Position numbers and translations under genes: made by a program. The notes under the pieces are model-generated. The model did no database searches. It saw nothing but the letters and a program-made list of their open reading frames with translations, and was not told where the DNA came from. Source: a virus (lineage: Duplodnaviria > Caudoviricetes). From it: a stretch of DNA of 62,655 nt. Shown piece after piece: positions 24,572-35,185 of this stretch (positions are counted from its first letter, which is position 1; each line of letters starts with the position of its first letter). Location: positions 1 to 62,655 of IMG/VR virus record IMGVR_UViG_3300034006_000003; one strand, 5' to 3'.

Positions 24572-26660
24572 TTTCCTCCAGCCGGCGGTCTCAATCTCGA
24601 CCGCCGACTGCGCCGAGCAATATCGGTATGTGAAGCTGACCGACGGCGATGAGCCCATCAAGTTTCACCATCACGTCATCCCCTATTTGCGCGGCATCGA
24701 GGACGCCTGCGATGAATACGGGGTGACGGTCGTCGCAGTAAAAGGACCGGCGCGCTCCGCGAAGACGACCGCAGCCGAGAACAAGGTTTTCAAGAACTGG
24801 CGCTACGGCCCGAGCCTCGATGTCATCTGGTATATGCAGACGAAGGACGACGTCGAGGAATACTGCGAAGAGCGCCTGGAGTGGATGCTGAAGCACCACG
24901 AAGAACTCAATCGCCATGTGAACTGGAACGATCGCCGGCACCGCCTCACCCGCAAGCGCATCCGCGGATCCTTGGCGCGTTTCCTCGCCGCCACGCATTC
25001 GACGCTCCGCGGCAAGATGGCGCCGATCATCGTCGGCGACGAAATCGACGGCTATGCGCCCAAGGTCCGCAAGGGCTTCCTCACCATGGCGCGGAACCGC
25101 CAGCGCGAACTCGGTCTCGGCGCGCTCCTGTATGTCTGCTCTCACCCGGACGCTGGGCCGAAGGAAGGCGTCGACGCGATTCTGAAGCTGTCGCTCCAGC
25201 ATCTCTGGCATTGGAACTGCGTCCACTGTCATAAGGCGAGCTCACCGGCCGCCGAGGCCGAAGTGCGGATGAACTGGAACGTGACCCAGTTGCTCGAGGG
25301 GATGGAAGACATTGAGCGGTCGGACTTGCTCGACATGGTCGAGCAGGAAGCCGCCCTCGTCTGTCCCCATTGCAAGGGGAAGATCGACAACAACCAGAGG
25401 CTCGAGATGTCGCGACGCGGGAAGTGGCTCCAGCCCGGCCAGACGCTGGACGAAAAAGGCGAGATCGTCGGCGCGCGCTCGACAGAGAAGATCATGGGAT
25501 TCGTCATCCACGCCTTCATGTCCCCTTGGCTCACCATCGGCGAACTGGCGCGCGAGTTCGTGTCGGCCAAGCTGAATGCGGAAGACACTCAGGACGAGAC
25601 GAACCTGAAAGAACACGTCTGCAAAACGATGGGCGAGACCTACATGGGCGCGAAGCCCGAAGAGCAGATGGAGAATTGGAAGACCGTTCAGGCGCGGCTT
25701 TCGGATCCGGGCTACCGTATGGGGACGGTTCCGCATTGGTGCCGCTATCTCACCGCCTTCGTCGACGTGCAGGGCGACCGCTTCGAAGTCGTGGTTATCG
25801 GCCGAGGACGAGCGAAACAGTCGGCGCTGGTCGACCGCTTCGCCCTGAAGCAGACGGCCGGTTTCCGGAACATCGACCCGGCGAACAGGCTCGGCGATTG
25901 GCGCGTCATCGAGGAAGCCGTGCTGGAGCAGTCATGGCCCCTCGCCGTCAACCCGGAGCGCGAGAAGGCGGGGCTTCCGCCGCTCTTCCTGTCGGTCGCG
26001 AAGACACTGGTGGACGCGCACGGCTCGCCTGGCGTCCACATCAACGCCGTGAACTGGGTCGCGAACATCACCAATCCGCGCAGGCACGGGAAGCAGCCTG
26101 TCGAGTCATGGAAGATCCAGCTGACAAAGGGTGACGCGCACAAGAACAGCGCGTTCGTCGGCGCCTGGCGCAAGCTTCTGAAGGACGACAGGGGCAAGGA
26201 ACTGGAGCACGGCGTCATTGAGCGGACGATCAACGTCCATCACGGCAAGCTGATTCTGGCGCGCCGCATGAAGATCTCCGAGCCCGGACCGGGCCGGATG
26301 CACCTGCCCTATGACCTTCCCGCCCGTTACGTCCGCGAGCTCACGTCGGAATCGTTGGTGAACGGCGTCTGGGTCGCGAGCGGCCGGAACGAGACCTTCG
26401 ACGGCTGGGTCTCGAGCGAAGCGGCGGACGTCCTGCTGATGCCGGAACGGCCGGGAATCGACTGGGCGGATCCGGACACCTGGCCGATCTGGGCGACGCC
26501 GCTGCCGCGGTCGAAGCCGGGCGAACCGACGTCGCCGAATGCCGAGGTCGCGCCAACGCCGAAATCATATTATGACCGCATGCTTGAAGCGAGCGGGCGC
26601 GGCGGCGACCGGCCGGACGAGGGTGATGACGATGTCGGCGATTTATACGAGCCTCAGTGA
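24462..26660 (+). CDS. terL: Terminase large subunit, lambda GpA family
   Basis: KGPARSAKT (Walker A variant), IIVGDEID, CVHC/CPHC, LTAFVDVQGDRFE, GRNETFD. Confidence 0.92.
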   Translation: MLTSNQADLRTLEQEGLALSAQQRLGRAEDPWLQSIDFLQPAVSISTADCAEQYRYVKLTDGDEPIKFHHHVIPYLRGIEDACDEYGVTVVAVKGPARSAKTTAAENKVFKNWRYGPSLDVIWYMQTKDDVEEYCEERLEWMLKHHEELNRHVNWNDRRHRLTRKRIRGSLARFLAATHSTLRGKMAPIIVGDEIDGYAPKVRKGFLTMARNRQRELGLGALLYVCSHPDAGPKEGVDAILKLSLQHLWHWNCVHCHKASSPAAEAEVRMNWNVTQLLEGMEDIERSDLLDMVEQEAALVCPHCKGKIDNNQRLEMSRRGKWLQPGQTLDEKGEIVGARSTEKIMGFVIHAFMSPWLTIGELAREFVSAKLNAEDTQDETNLKEHVCKTMGETYMGAKPEEQMENWKTVQARLSDPGYRMGTVPHWCRYLTAFVDVQGDRFEVVVIGRGRAKQSALVDRFALKQTAGFRNIDPANRLGDWRVIEEAVLEQSWPLAVNPEREKAGLPPLFLSVAKTLVDAHGSPGVHINAVNWVANITNPRRHGKQPVESWKIQLTKGDAHKNSAFVGAWRKLLKDDRGKELEHGVIERTINVHHGKLILARRMKISEPGPGRMHLPYDLPARYVRELTSESLVNGVWVASGRNETFDGWVSSEAADVLLMPERPGIDWADPDTWPIWATPLPRSKPGEPTSPNAEVAPTPKSYYDRMLEASGRGGDRPDEGDDDVGDLYEPQ

Positions 26661-26886
26661 CCAGGAACTGACCGACGACATCGCTGCCTTCCGGTCGGCG
26701 CGACGGGAATTGATGCTCGGGGCCGGCGTCGCCGTCGTCGCCGGCGAGGGCCGCAGACTGGAATTCACGCGGGCGAACCAAGGCTCACTCGACGCTGAAC
26801 TGAAGAACCTCATCGCCGAGGGCCAGCGCCGCGGCCTCATCCCCTACTCGCCGAGCGGCGGGTCGATCAATCTGGAGTTCGAATGA
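26632..26886 (+). CDS. gpW-like head-tail adaptor
   Basis: ARRELMLG..V.V...GRRLEFTRAN; between TerL and portal. Confidence 0.8.
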   Translation: MSAIYTSLSDQELTDDIAAFRSARRELMLGAGVAVVAGEGRRLEFTRANQGSLDAELKNLIAEGQRRGLIPYSPSGGSINLEFE

Positions 26887-28586
26887 TGAAGGATCTCGAG
26901 GGGACGACCGTCGGCGCTCAGACGGCCCCGAACATGGGCACGGTCGCATCGCCCGTCGGCGGCGGTCTCGGCATGACGGCCGGTCTCTATGAAAACCTCG
27001 AGACCTACCCCGGACAGGTTTTCGTCACGCCGTCCCTGATGGACCCGAACACCGAGCTCGCCGCGAGCCGGCTTCAGGCGGTCCGCGCTGCGCGACAGGT
27101 CGAGCGCATCAGCGCGCACATGCGCTCGGGCTTGAACAAGAAGACGAACATGGTCGTCGGCGCGACGCTCCGGGTCTCGTCGACGCCGGACTGGCGCAGC
27201 CTGGGGATGGAGCGCGACGCCGGCGTGAAGTGGGCGCGGGACTGGGGCCGGCAGGCGGAAGGGCTATTTCACAGCTGGGCCTATGATCGCCGCATGCTCT
27301 GCGACGGCGAGGGGCACTACACGTTCGGCGGTCTGATGTGGATGGCGTTCCGCAACCTGGTCGGACCGGACGGCGAGTTCGCGACCGTCATCCAATACGA
27401 TCGCCGCCGCGCCGAGCGCTACCGCACCCGCTTCGCGACCTTCATCAACGTCATCGATCCGCAGCGCATCACTACGCCGGCGGACCGCGCCATGGACCCG
27501 AACGTCTATGACGGCCGGCTGCTCGACCCGAACGGCAGGATGATCGGTTTCTGGGCCGAGAACCGCCGGTCCGAGCAGCGCATCACGGATCCGCGCGACA
27601 CGCATGCCTTCGTTCCGCGCGAAGTCGCGGCTGGTCCGCGCGGGGCTTACAGCCGGCCGATGGGCATTCACTGGTTCCAGAAGCACCGCGGCGCCGCCCA
27701 GCGCGGCATTACGCAGATGGTGAACACGCTGAAGCGGCAGACGATGCTCGACCGCTTCGACGGCGCGCAGCTGGGAGCGGCAATCGTCGGCGCGGCGATG
27801 GCGACCTACGTCAAGACGGCGAAGAGCGCGGAAGCCGTCGCGAACGATCTCGCTCCTGGTGCACCGCGCAACGGGGAAGCCCAGTCGGTCCTGTCGAAGC
27901 CGGATTACTACAAGCGGCTCAATCTCAGGATCGGCGGAAACCAGATCCCCGTGCTCGACATCGAGGACGAGATCCAGATTGCGGCCGCCAATGCGGCGAC
28001 CATCGACGCGAAGACGTTCCGGAACGGGTATCTCCGGGAATTCGCCAATGCGCTCGAGATGGACTTCGAGCAGTTCGCCGGCGATTATTCCGAGACGAAT
28101 TATTCGAGCGCGAGGTCGGCGCTGGTCAACATCTGGCGCGGCGTCATCAGCGAGCGGAATATGTTCACGGCGGCCGGCCCGAGCGTCGTCTTCGATGCCT
28201 TCGTGGAAGAGTGCATCGTCATGGGCTGGCTTCCGACGCTCACCGGCGACGTCCGTCACTTCTATGAGAACCGCGAACTTTATACGCGGTGCACCTGGAC
28301 TGGGCCCGCGATGGGCTGGGTCGATCCGAAGAAGGAAGCCGAGGCAGCTGCGGTTCGGACCGATCCGGCGCGGCCGCTTTCGACGCTCGCGATCGAAGCC
28401 GCGACGCAGGGCCAGACCATCGACGAACTCATTGAGGCTCGAGCCGAAGAGCAGGATCTGATGGTCGAAGCCGGTCTCATTCCGCCGACATGGAACCAGC
28501 CGGCCCCGCCGCCCGGTTCTGCACCTGGCGGTAACGACGATCCCGCCGAAGAAGACGAGCCCGAGCGTCGCGAGGAAAGGAACTAG
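26883..28586 (+). CDS. Portal protein, lambda family
   Basis: DGE, QRGI, GDYSETNYSSAR, WVDPKKEAEA. Confidence 0.93.
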   Translation: MMKDLEGTTVGAQTAPNMGTVASPVGGGLGMTAGLYENLETYPGQVFVTPSLMDPNTELAASRLQAVRAARQVERISAHMRSGLNKKTNMVVGATLRVSSTPDWRSLGMERDAGVKWARDWGRQAEGLFHSWAYDRRMLCDGEGHYTFGGLMWMAFRNLVGPDGEFATVIQYDRRRAERYRTRFATFINVIDPQRITTPADRAMDPNVYDGRLLDPNGRMIGFWAENRRSEQRITDPRDTHAFVPREVAAGPRGAYSRPMGIHWFQKHRGAAQRGITQMVNTLKRQTMLDRFDGAQLGAAIVGAAMATYVKTAKSAEAVANDLAPGAPRNGEAQSVLSKPDYYKRLNLRIGGNQIPVLDIEDEIQIAAANAATIDAKTFRNGYLREFANALEMDFEQFAGDYSETNYSSARSALVNIWRGVISERNMFTAAGPSVVFDAFVEECIVMGWLPTLTGDVRHFYENRELYTRCTWTGPAMGWVDPKKEAEAAAVRTDPARPLSTLAIEAATQGQTIDELIEARAEEQDLMVEAGLIPPTWNQPAPPPGSAPGGNDDPAEEDEPERREERN

Positions 28587-28588
28587 CC

Positions 28589-29503
28589 ATGTCCGACTTC
28601 ACGTTCTCACTCCAGCGGCTGCTCAATACGCCGCTGGCGACGACGCCGCGCCATGCCGCGATGATCGTTTCGGCGGTCCGTTCGCGGCTGGGCTTCACCG
28701 GCCTCAAACTTCCGGAAGGCGAGATGGACGGAGATGCCATGGACAGCATGGCGTTTCTCGGAAAGGTGATGGCGGTCGACTCCGTCCAGCAGCGCCAGCG
28801 CCGCACCAATACGTTCGCCCAGGCCGGGCCCATCGCCATCGTTCCCATCCATGGAACGCTCACGAAGACGCAGGAAGCGATGGACCCGGACAGCGGCATG
28901 ACGGGCTACAACCGGATTGAGCAGAAGATCGCCGACGCCTTCGACGCCTGGCAGCGCAAAGAGATCAAGGCATGCTGGCTCGACGTCGACAGCGGCGGCG
29001 GTGAAGTCGGCGGCATGCTCAGCCTCGCGAACTTCATTTCCAGCTGCTCGCAACGCGCCGGCGGCATGCCGATCTGGGCCTATCTCGGCGACTATGGATA
29101 TTCCGCCGCTTACTGCCTCGCGAGCGCAGCGGACCGCGTCATCACGTCGCCGACCGGCGGCGCCGGAAGCGTCGGCGTCATCGCGCTCCACGCCGACTAT
29201 TCGAAGGCCTATGCGAAAGAGGGCATCACGGTCACCGTGCTCCGGTCCGGAAAGGACAAGGCTCGCGCCAATGAGCACGAACCGCTTGAGGACCGCGCCC
29301 GCGATCATCTGTTGGAGCAGATGGACGAGATCCGAGACCTGTTCGCGGCCTCCGTCGCGCTCTTCAGAGGCATTGATAAAAACAGGGTTCTCGAAACTGA
29401 AGGGCTGGACTATATGGGTCGACACGCAAGGGCCATCGGTTTCGTCGACGACGTGATGTGGGAGCAGCAAGCTTTCGCATCGCTATTGCAGCTAGTCAGC
29501 TGA
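28589..29503 (+). CDS. S49 prohead maturation protease (gpC-like)
   Basis: IPIHGTL-like segment, LDVDSGGGEV, YSAAYCLAS, GSVGV. Confidence 0.92.
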   Translation: MSDFTFSLQRLLNTPLATTPRHAAMIVSAVRSRLGFTGLKLPEGEMDGDAMDSMAFLGKVMAVDSVQQRQRRTNTFAQAGPIAIVPIHGTLTKTQEAMDPDSGMTGYNRIEQKIADAFDAWQRKEIKACWLDVDSGGGEVGGMLSLANFISSCSQRAGGMPIWAYLGDYGYSAAYCLASAADRVITSPTGGAGSVGVIALHADYSKAYAKEGITVTVLRSGKDKARANEHEPLEDRARDHLLEQMDEIRDLFAASVALFRGIDKNRVLETEGLDYMGRHARAIGFVDDVMWEQQAFASLLQLVS

Positions 29504-29515
29504 TCGAGGGAACAC

Positions 29516-30127
29516 ATGGCCAACTTCCGCTCCGGACTCCTCTCTGCTCTTCTCGGCACCGCCGCCACCGCACCGGCCGCAGCCGCCCCCGCCCAGCCCG
29601 CCGCATCGGCCGCCAATCCCGGCGAAGGCCTCGAGCTCACCGACGAGCAGCGGACGCAACTCCGCGGCGACGTCGAAGCTTACGGCACCGACCAGCGCGC
29701 CGAGGGTCACGCCGCCGGCTTCAAGGCCGCGACCGACCGCTTCAGCGCCGTGATGAACAGCGACAAGGGCAAGGCCAATCCTTCCGCCGCGCTGACTGCG
29801 CTCGCCAATCCGAAGGCGTCCGACTGGACCGCCGACGAGATCATCGCCTTCATTCCGGAGGCGCCTGCCGCAGCCGCGCCCGCCGCGCCCGCCGCATCCG
29901 CAGCCGATGCTTCGCGCGCTTCGGCGCAGCAGCAGCTGGAAGCGACGCCGACCGTCGCGCTCGGCAACGACGCTGGCGCGGCTCGCGCCGCTGGCAACCA
30001 GAACGACGTCGTCGCTGGATCCGAGGAAGCCGTGTCCGGCTGGGGCAAGGTCCAGTCGGAGTCGGCCAAGGCGCTCACCGCTGGCGGCTATAACTGGGGC
30101 CGCGGCAACCAGCAGGCCGCTCACTAA
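29516..30127 (+). CDS. Capsid scaffold protein (Nu3-like)
   Basis: Ala-rich; in frame after the protease; before the decoration gene. Confidence 0.7.
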   Translation: MANFRSGLLSALLGTAATAPAAAAPAQPAASAANPGEGLELTDEQRTQLRGDVEAYGTDQRAEGHAAGFKAATDRFSAVMNSDKGKANPSAALTALANPKASDWTADEIIAFIPEAPAAAAPAAPAASAADASRASAQQQLEATPTVALGNDAGAARAAGNQNDVVAGSEEAVSGWGKVQSESAKALTAGGYNWGRGNQQAAH

Positions 30128-30151
30128 GATCTCGACGAAAGGACGACGCAC

Positions 30152-30532
30152 ATGCCCAGGCGAGTTTTTGGCGAACGTGTTCTCGACACCGACTGGCTCA
30201 TCTCCGAGGGGAATGGCGAGCAGTCGCGCGGACAGGGCGTTCTCGCCGCCGATGCGGTCAACACCCGCCTGTCGGGCACCGTGCTCGGCAAGGTCACCGC
30301 GACCGGCCAGCTGGCACCCTACAATCCGGCTGGCGCCGACGGCACCCAGAACTTCGAAGCCATCCTTCTGCTTCGGCAGGAAGCTTCGGCGACCACGACG
30401 CGCGTCTCGACGATTGAGCGCAACGCCGAGGTCAACGACTGGAAGCTGACCTACGTCAACGCGCTCACCGCACCGCAGAAGGCGACGCTTGTCGCTGCCG
30501 CTGCCGCGAAGGGCATCCTGATCCGCACCTAA
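30152..30532 (+). CDS. Head decoration protein (gpD-like)
   Basis: LISEGNGEQSR, GTVLGKVTATG..APYNP...DG. Confidence 0.85.
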   Translation: MPRRVFGERVLDTDWLISEGNGEQSRGQGVLAADAVNTRLSGTVLGKVTATGQLAPYNPAGADGTQNFEAILLLRQEASATTTRVSTIERNAEVNDWKLTYVNALTAPQKATLVAAAAAKGILIRT

Positions 30533-30595
30533 CGGTCGGATCGACACGAAGAACGTCCGGCAGGGGCCGGCGGATAGGGAGTAAGGGACCGTCCC

Positions 30596-31651
30596 ATGCT
30601 TGAAACACTCGACATCTTCCGCGGCCCGGAATTCCACGCTTCCACGCTGGATCGCGTCGCCGACAACATCACCTATGTTCCCCAGGCGCTCGACCAGCTT
30701 GGGATCTTCAACGGTCTCAATTCGAAGGGCATTCGGACGACGACCGTCGAAGTCTACATGGAAAACGGGACCATCCGTCTCGTCCCGACGACCGAGCGCG
30801 GTGCGCCCGAGCCCCTGCCGCGCCGCAACACGTCCGAGATCGTCTACCTGAAGACGACCCGTATCGCCGAGCGTGACCGGATCTACAGCTACGAGATCCA
30901 GGACATCCTCTCCGACCGCATCCCGCTCGCCCAGCGGCTTCACTCTGCTCAGCAGGAAGTCAACGATCGCGCTTCGATCCTGCGCTCGAATAACGAGATG
31001 ACGATGGAGTTCCACCGTCTCGGCGCGCTTCAGGGCAAGCTGCTCGACGCGGACGGCACGACCGTCCTTCGGAATTACTTCACCGAGTTCGGCGTGTCCG
31101 AGCCGGCTGCGGTCTCGGTCAACTTCTCGACCATCACGGCAAACGGCATCGTCGAGTTCTTCCAGTCCAACTTCGTGCGTCCGATGATGCGCGTCCTGAA
31201 GACCCGGAAGAATGCGGCGACCCGCGTCGCGGCGCTGGTCGGCGACAACTTCTGGGCCGGTCTCATCAACCATCAGGGCGTCGTCCAGACCTACCTGAAC
31301 ACCCAGCAGGCCTATCAGCTGCGGCAGGGCGTCGCGCCGCCGTGGGGACAGTTCGACTTCGCGGGCATCACGTTCATCAATTACATGGGCACGGACGACG
31401 GCACGACCATCGCCATTCCCACAAACGATGCGCGCTTCTTCCCGCTGAACGCGACCGACGTCTTCCGCGTCTGGTGGTCGCCTGGCGAGCGCCTGCGCGA
31501 CGTCAACCAGGTCGGCCAGCCGGTCTACTTCATCGTGTCGCCGGACAACCGGCCGAACCTCGAAGAGTGGGTCGATGTCCGCGTCCGCAGCTATCCGCTC
31601 TACGCCTGCATCTTCCCCGGCGCGCTGATGAAGGCGACGAGGACCGGCTAA
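30596..31651 (+). CDS. Major capsid protein (lambda gpE family)
   Basis: LVPTTERGAP, TMEFHRLGALQGKLLDADG, SYPL; 351 aa. Confidence 0.9.
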   Translation: MLETLDIFRGPEFHASTLDRVADNITYVPQALDQLGIFNGLNSKGIRTTTVEVYMENGTIRLVPTTERGAPEPLPRRNTSEIVYLKTTRIAERDRIYSYEIQDILSDRIPLAQRLHSAQQEVNDRASILRSNNEMTMEFHRLGALQGKLLDADGTTVLRNYFTEFGVSEPAAVSVNFSTITANGIVEFFQSNFVRPMMRVLKTRKNAATRVAALVGDNFWAGLINHQGVVQTYLNTQQAYQLRQGVAPPWGQFDFAGITFINYMGTDDGTTIAIPTNDARFFPLNATDVFRVWWSPGERLRDVNQVGQPVYFIVSPDNRPNLEEWVDVRVRSYPLYACIFPGALMKATRTG

Positions 31652-31690
31652 GGGCTGATCGGCGAGGCAAGAGAAAGAGGAACGACGAAA

Positions 31691-32413
31691 ATGGTGAGCA
31701 GGGCGACGATTGCGGCTTCTCTGGCGATGGGTCTGTCCTGCCAGATGAAGGCGATTGCTTTCGGGACCATCCCCGGCGAGCGCAGCATCCTCCACACGGA
31801 CCCGAACAGCCATGATCCGGCGGCCGCATATCCGCTGGTGACCGCGGCCGACGGGACACGGCTGCGGAATGCGAAGCTGGCCGAGGATTACGACGGCGAA
31901 GTTCCTTCGAACGAGGAACTGGCCGACCGGGCGAATGCCTTCCAGCAGGAAGTCTATGAGGCGAACATGGAGCGCTTCAAGAGCGGCCAGCCGGTCGCGG
32001 CACCGCCGGCACCGCCGCTCACCCTCACTCCGCTTGCGGGCGGCGACACCGTCACCCGCGCCGCGGCGAACAAGGTCGGCGAGGACTTCGTTCGCGAGGC
32101 GGACCAGTCGGTCCCGCAGGCGACGGGTCTCGACTATCGCCAGACGACCCACTTCCCCGAGGACCCGAACAAGGCGGGCCTTCAGGGCAACGATCTCATC
32201 CTCTCGGCTGGCGCTGGCGCCGGCGGTGCGACCATCTTCTCGAAGACCGAACTGGAGGAAACCCAGCAGGCCGAGAGCGAGGCGAGCGAGAGCAACGGCC
32301 CGTTCACGGCCGAGGGCGAGGTCGCGCCTGGCACCGTCGCCGAGGACGACCCCGACGCAGCGCCGGCGGGCGAGACCAGCGGCCGCCGGACGCGCCGTTC
32401 GTCGAAGCCCTAA
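31691..32413 (+). CDS. Hypothetical head-associated protein
   Basis: Follows the capsid gene; low-complexity acidic C-terminus. Confidence 0.6.
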   Translation: MVSRATIAASLAMGLSCQMKAIAFGTIPGERSILHTDPNSHDPAAAYPLVTAADGTRLRNAKLAEDYDGEVPSNEELADRANAFQQEVYEANMERFKSGQPVAAPPAPPLTLTPLAGGDTVTRAAANKVGEDFVREADQSVPQATGLDYRQTTHFPEDPNKAGLQGNDLILSAGAGAGGATIFSKTELEETQQAESEASESNGPFTAEGEVAPGTVAEDDPDAAPAGETSGRRTRRSSKP

Positions 32414-32425
32414 CCGGAGCGGGAC

Positions 32426-32749
32426 GTGGCTGATTACGCCACGCTCGCGGCAAAGATGGACGCCCAGGTGGACAACCGCCTGGGCGATTCCATTTCCTAC
32501 AAACGCGAGGAAGACGCCGACTATCTGACGGTGAAGGCCTTCCTCGTCTTCGACGCCGCTGACAGCGTCGGATATGCGCCTCGAGATCCCGTCCGGCAGA
32601 TTGTTCGCCTGAAGATCGCGAAGAGCGTCCGGACGCCTAAGATGTCGGACCGCATTCGCTCCCCCTTGCTCGACGGGACCTATCGGCCCATCAACGGCAC
32701 ACCGCTGACCGCCGGCCGATATTGGCTCGCGGATCTCCAGAAGGTCTAG
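32426..32749 (+). CDS. Head-tail joining protein (FII-like)
   Basis: Size, position and beta-rich pattern. Confidence 0.6.
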   Translation: MADYATLAAKMDAQVDNRLGDSISYKREEDADYLTVKAFLVFDAADSVGYAPRDPVRQIVRLKIAKSVRTPKMSDRIRSPLLDGTYRPINGTPLTAGRYWLADLQKV

Positions 32750-32751
32750 CG

Positions 32752-33294
32752 ATGCCGCTGCCGAAGCCGCCCCGTATCATCGTCCTCGATGCCGTGATGC
32801 AGACGCTGCTCGAGGCGGAGCTGCCGACCCTGCTGGAGCAGCCCGATCTCCGGATCCGTTGGATGCGGAACCGCTACACCAGCATCGAAGAGCGGCCGTG
32901 CATCGCCATTGCGTTCGTTTCGGACGAGCCGACCGACGTCCGCGAGCAGTATATGACGACGTCGGAAGCGCAGCGGACGCTCGCAATCGACATCATCGCC
33001 GACGTCGAACTGCCGACCGAGACCGAAGCCGAGACCGACGTGTCGGACATCGCTCGCATCGAGATCCTTAGCCATTTCGTCGACCAGCCGCTCTATGCGC
33101 TGAAGCGGGGCTTTCAGGACCCAGCTGACAGCCCGACGCCGCTGAGCCGCGTCGCCCACTGGGTCGAAGACCTGGGGATCGACGACGACGAGGATCTGGC
33201 CGATGAAAACGGAAGACTCGTCTGCCGCCTCAATGTGCTATATCGAGTCCGTTCTGACGATCCCACCGTCCTGCTGACCAACTTTACGGAGTGA
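32752..33294 (+). CDS. Putative tail terminator protein
   Basis: Acidic; ERPCIAI motif; upstream of the tail tube gene. Confidence 0.55.
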   Translation: MPLPKPPRIIVLDAVMQTLLEAELPTLLEQPDLRIRWMRNRYTSIEERPCIAIAFVSDEPTDVREQYMTTSEAQRTLAIDIIADVELPTETEAETDVSDIARIEILSHFVDQPLYALKRGFQDPADSPTPLSRVAHWVEDLGIDDDEDLADENGRLVCRLNVLYRVRSDDPTVLLTNFTE

Positions 33295-33297
33295 ACG

Positions 33298-33867
33298 ATG
33301 GCCGAGAGCAAGCCGAAGAACCGCCCTACCCGCAACCGGGCCGCGTCCGCTCCAGGCGCACGGGTCGAGCCTAACCATGCTCCGGTCGCCATCCCGGTCG
33401 GTTCCTACGATCGCGAGAAGCTGGACGAGGGTCTGAGCAAGGCCGTCGACACCTACGGCACCAATCGCGAACAGGAGCTCGACCGCGCTTTCTCCGCTGC
33501 TCGGCTGGGCGAGGGCACGGCGGTCACCGCCAATCCGGCGACCCTGCCGGATCACAAGTTCGTCGAAGTGCCCTGCGAAGTCGACGATGCGGGCAAGCCC
33601 ACGCGCTTCGAGACGATTCAGGTCTATGACCCGACCAAGGCGGACCAGCACATCGCCTCGCAACAGCCCATCATGGGACAGGTCGAGATGCCCGTCGACG
33701 AGAAGGGCAAGCCGACCGATCTCGAGCGGGCCCGGATGGCGGCCGTGAAGGCTGCTCCGGTCCAGCAGACCAATACGGCGCCGCGCGCTCCAGTCGTAGA
33801 GCAGCAGGCGCAGGCCGAACCCCCCGCGGGGCCAGACGCTGGGAAGACCGAAGAGAACGCCGGCTGA
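33298..33867 (+). CDS. Hypothetical protein
   Basis: GGAG RBS; operon context. Confidence 0.65.
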   Translation: MAESKPKNRPTRNRAASAPGARVEPNHAPVAIPVGSYDREKLDEGLSKAVDTYGTNREQELDRAFSAARLGEGTAVTANPATLPDHKFVEVPCEVDDAGKPTRFETIQVYDPTKADQHIASQQPIMGQVEMPVDEKGKPTDLERARMAAVKAAPVQQTNTAPRAPVVEQQAQAEPPAGPDAGKTEENAG

Positions 33868-33893
33868 GCCGCGAACGAAGGGAGTAGCAGCAA

Positions 33894-35087
33894 ATGACCT
33901 GGAACCATCGCAGCCGGATTGCCATTGTCGGCATCGCGATTCAGCCGACACCCGGCACGTTCGTCCAGCCCGGCGTCAACGATCTTCTGGCCGTTTCCGC
34001 GCCGGCGAACGCCGACGAGATGATTTCGGCGGACGATCCGACCCTCACCGGCGGCATGTTCGCGAGCCCGCGCGTCTATCTCGGCCGCGTCGGCACGGCC
34101 GGCGCGACGTTCCCGCTCCGCGGCTTCAGCGGCGCTCTGCCGGCGGCGAACGCCAACGTCTGGGGCCGCATCCTTCAGGCTTTCGGCTTTGCCGAGATCC
34201 GGCAGGGCGCGGACGTGACGGCCGAAGTCCTTCAGGCTGGTTCGACGACGAACTCGCTGGTGCTCGCCACTACGCGGCCGTCGACGGACGACCAGCTTAT
34301 CGGAGTTCCGATCTCGCAGGCATCTCTCGGCGCGGGCTTCCAGTCCTACACGATGATCTCGGACTATGTCGGCGCGTCCCGCACCGCCGTCATCCCCGAG
34401 ACGGTCGTCGCACCGGCGGCTGGCGCGGCTTACACGATCCCCGCCCATCTTCTCTATCAGCTGGGGACGCTCGCAACCGAGCCGACCCTGCTCAGCATCT
34501 CGGTCTGGCGCGACAAGAAGCGCTATGACTATCGGGACTGCCGCGGCACGACGCTCAATTTCGACCTTCCGGTCGCGAACGAGCAGAACCAGGTCTTCCC
34601 GTCCTGCGACTTCGCGCTTCGCGGCAACAAGCACGCGGTCGTCGACGATCCGGCGCCCATCGTGCCGCAGTCGCAGCTGAGCGTCGGCATCCCCGTCCTT
34701 CGCGGCGGAAAGTTCGTTCTGGACCGCGTGAAGCTGGGCCATGCCAGCATCCGCGCCGGTCTGGATCTGGACGTCGCGGCCGCTTCGAACGCCAACCAGG
34801 CGGCCGGACAGGACGGCTATACGACGACGGGCGCGACCCGCCGGGTCGAGACCGACCTGAACCAGATGAACGTGACCGATTTCGACATCGACACGCGCAT
34901 CGACAACCAGACGCTGATGTCGATGTTCACCAGCTGGGGATCTTCGACGTTCAACCGCTTCGGCTTCCTCGTTCCGGAAATGTCGCTCGACCCGCACAAT
35001 CCGGGCGACCGCAACGGCTTCGTGAACCTCACCGGCGCGGCGAACCCGACGCAGGTCGACAAGTCGATGGCGCTGGCCGTCTGGTAA
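33894..35087 (+). CDS. Major tail tube protein
   Basis: Position before the chaperone and tape measure genes; followed by a terminator. Confidence 0.75.
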   Translation: MTWNHRSRIAIVGIAIQPTPGTFVQPGVNDLLAVSAPANADEMISADDPTLTGGMFASPRVYLGRVGTAGATFPLRGFSGALPAANANVWGRILQAFGFAEIRQGADVTAEVLQAGSTTNSLVLATTRPSTDDQLIGVPISQASLGAGFQSYTMISDYVGASRTAVIPETVVAPAAGAAYTIPAHLLYQLGTLATEPTLLSISVWRDKKRYDYRDCRGTTLNFDLPVANEQNQVFPSCDFALRGNKHAVVDDPAPIVPQSQLSVGIPVLRGGKFVLDRVKLGHASIRAGLDLDVAAASNANQAAGQDGYTTTGATRRVETDLNQMNVTDFDIDTRIDNQTLMSMFTSWGSSTFNRFGFLVPEMSLDPHNPGDRNGFVNLTGAANPTQVDKSMALAVW

Positions 35088-35134
35088 AAGAGACACCGGA
35101 GAGGGGATGACTCGAGCATCCCCGCATTGCAGGG

Positions 35135-35172
35135 AGAGGCGGGAGGGGCAAGCTTCCCGCCTCTTCTATTTT
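35135..35172 (+). terminator. Intrinsic terminator
   Basis: AGAGGCGGGA...TCCCGCCTCT stem then TCTATTTT. Confidence 0.7.
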
Positions 35173-35185
35173 GTGGCATAGGCGC

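Noticed and set aside
29492-32152. 886-aa minus-strand ORF over the capsid genes
   Set aside because: Antisense shadow of GC-biased coding genes; no motifs. The same applies to 37922..39697, 33624..35096 and 54627..56186
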